A stretch of 64,000 nt of DNA from a virus. Its lineage: Duplodnaviria > Heunggongvirae > Uroviricota > Caudoviricetes. The translations under genes and the position numbers were made by a program. This document shows, piece after piece, positions 63,872 to 64,000 of this stretch. The notes below the pieces were generated by a model, which was not told where the DNA came from, did no database searches, and saw only the letters and a list, made by a program, of their open reading frames with translations. The first letter of the stretch is position 1, and each line of letters starts with the position of its first letter. The stretch lies in the IMG/VR virus record IMGVR_UViG_3300030379_000158, one strand, 5' to 3'.

Positions 63872-64000
63872 TAGTGTTTTATGTTCAGATAATGCCCGAT
63901 GACTTTGTCATGCTGCTCCACCGATTTTGAGAACGACAGCGACTTCCGTCCCAGCCGTGCCAGGTGCTGCCTCAGATTCAGGTTATGCCGCTCAATTCGC
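63850..64000 (-). mobile_element. IS1 end (partial; element continues beyond window)
   Basis: GGTAATGACTCCAACTTATTGATAGTGTTTTATGTTCAGATAATGCCCGATGAC... matches the IS1 terminal inverted repeat and adjacent sequence almost exactly. Confidence 0.9.

Overview
This window reads as roughly half of a P1-like temperate phage-plasmid (a myovirus maintained as a plasmid). No searches were run; all calls rest on motifs read from the ORF track and on remembered P1 gene order, so P1 gene names are positional inferences. CDS coordinates follow the ORF track; hand-derived coordinates for sites, tRNAs and small ORFs are approximate (about +/-2 bp). Left to right: a DarB-like C-terminal fragment, ulx/lxc-like ORFs, an EcoP1I-type type III restriction-modification pair (mod, res), mat/ref/cra-like genes, cre with a perfect 34-bp loxP, immC (coi, c1) with multiple C1 operator sites, pacB/pacA with an internal pac site, lpa, pdcB/pdcA, phd-doc, humD with a LexA box, a leftward early-gene block, a rightward baseplate-like block, dbn/ban, three tRNAs (Ile-CAU type, Thr, Asn), dmt, hrdC, a PAAR-like gene and a spanin-like pair, an iteron replicon (oriR, repA, incA), parA/parB/parS, a gene-23-like head region, and immI (repL, kilA, ant1, icd, c4 leader). 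Candidates for accessory or unusual content are: a second icd/ant-like module between c1 and pacB; a single T5orf172/GIY-YIG-like gene between the incA iterons and the par promoter; a hok/mok-like type I toxin locus; a complete IS629-like element with a 3-bp target duplication, and one end of an IS1 truncating a small secreted-protein gene; iterons and RepA that appear to differ from P1 on an otherwise P1-type partition backbone; a cluster of sugar- and phosphate-handling enzymes; and a LexA-linked gene interrupted by an in-frame amber codon. No CRISPR array and no rRNA were seen. The strongest candidates for something new are the T5orf172-like gene and the second icd/ant-like module, but neither can be confirmed as novel from sequence alone.
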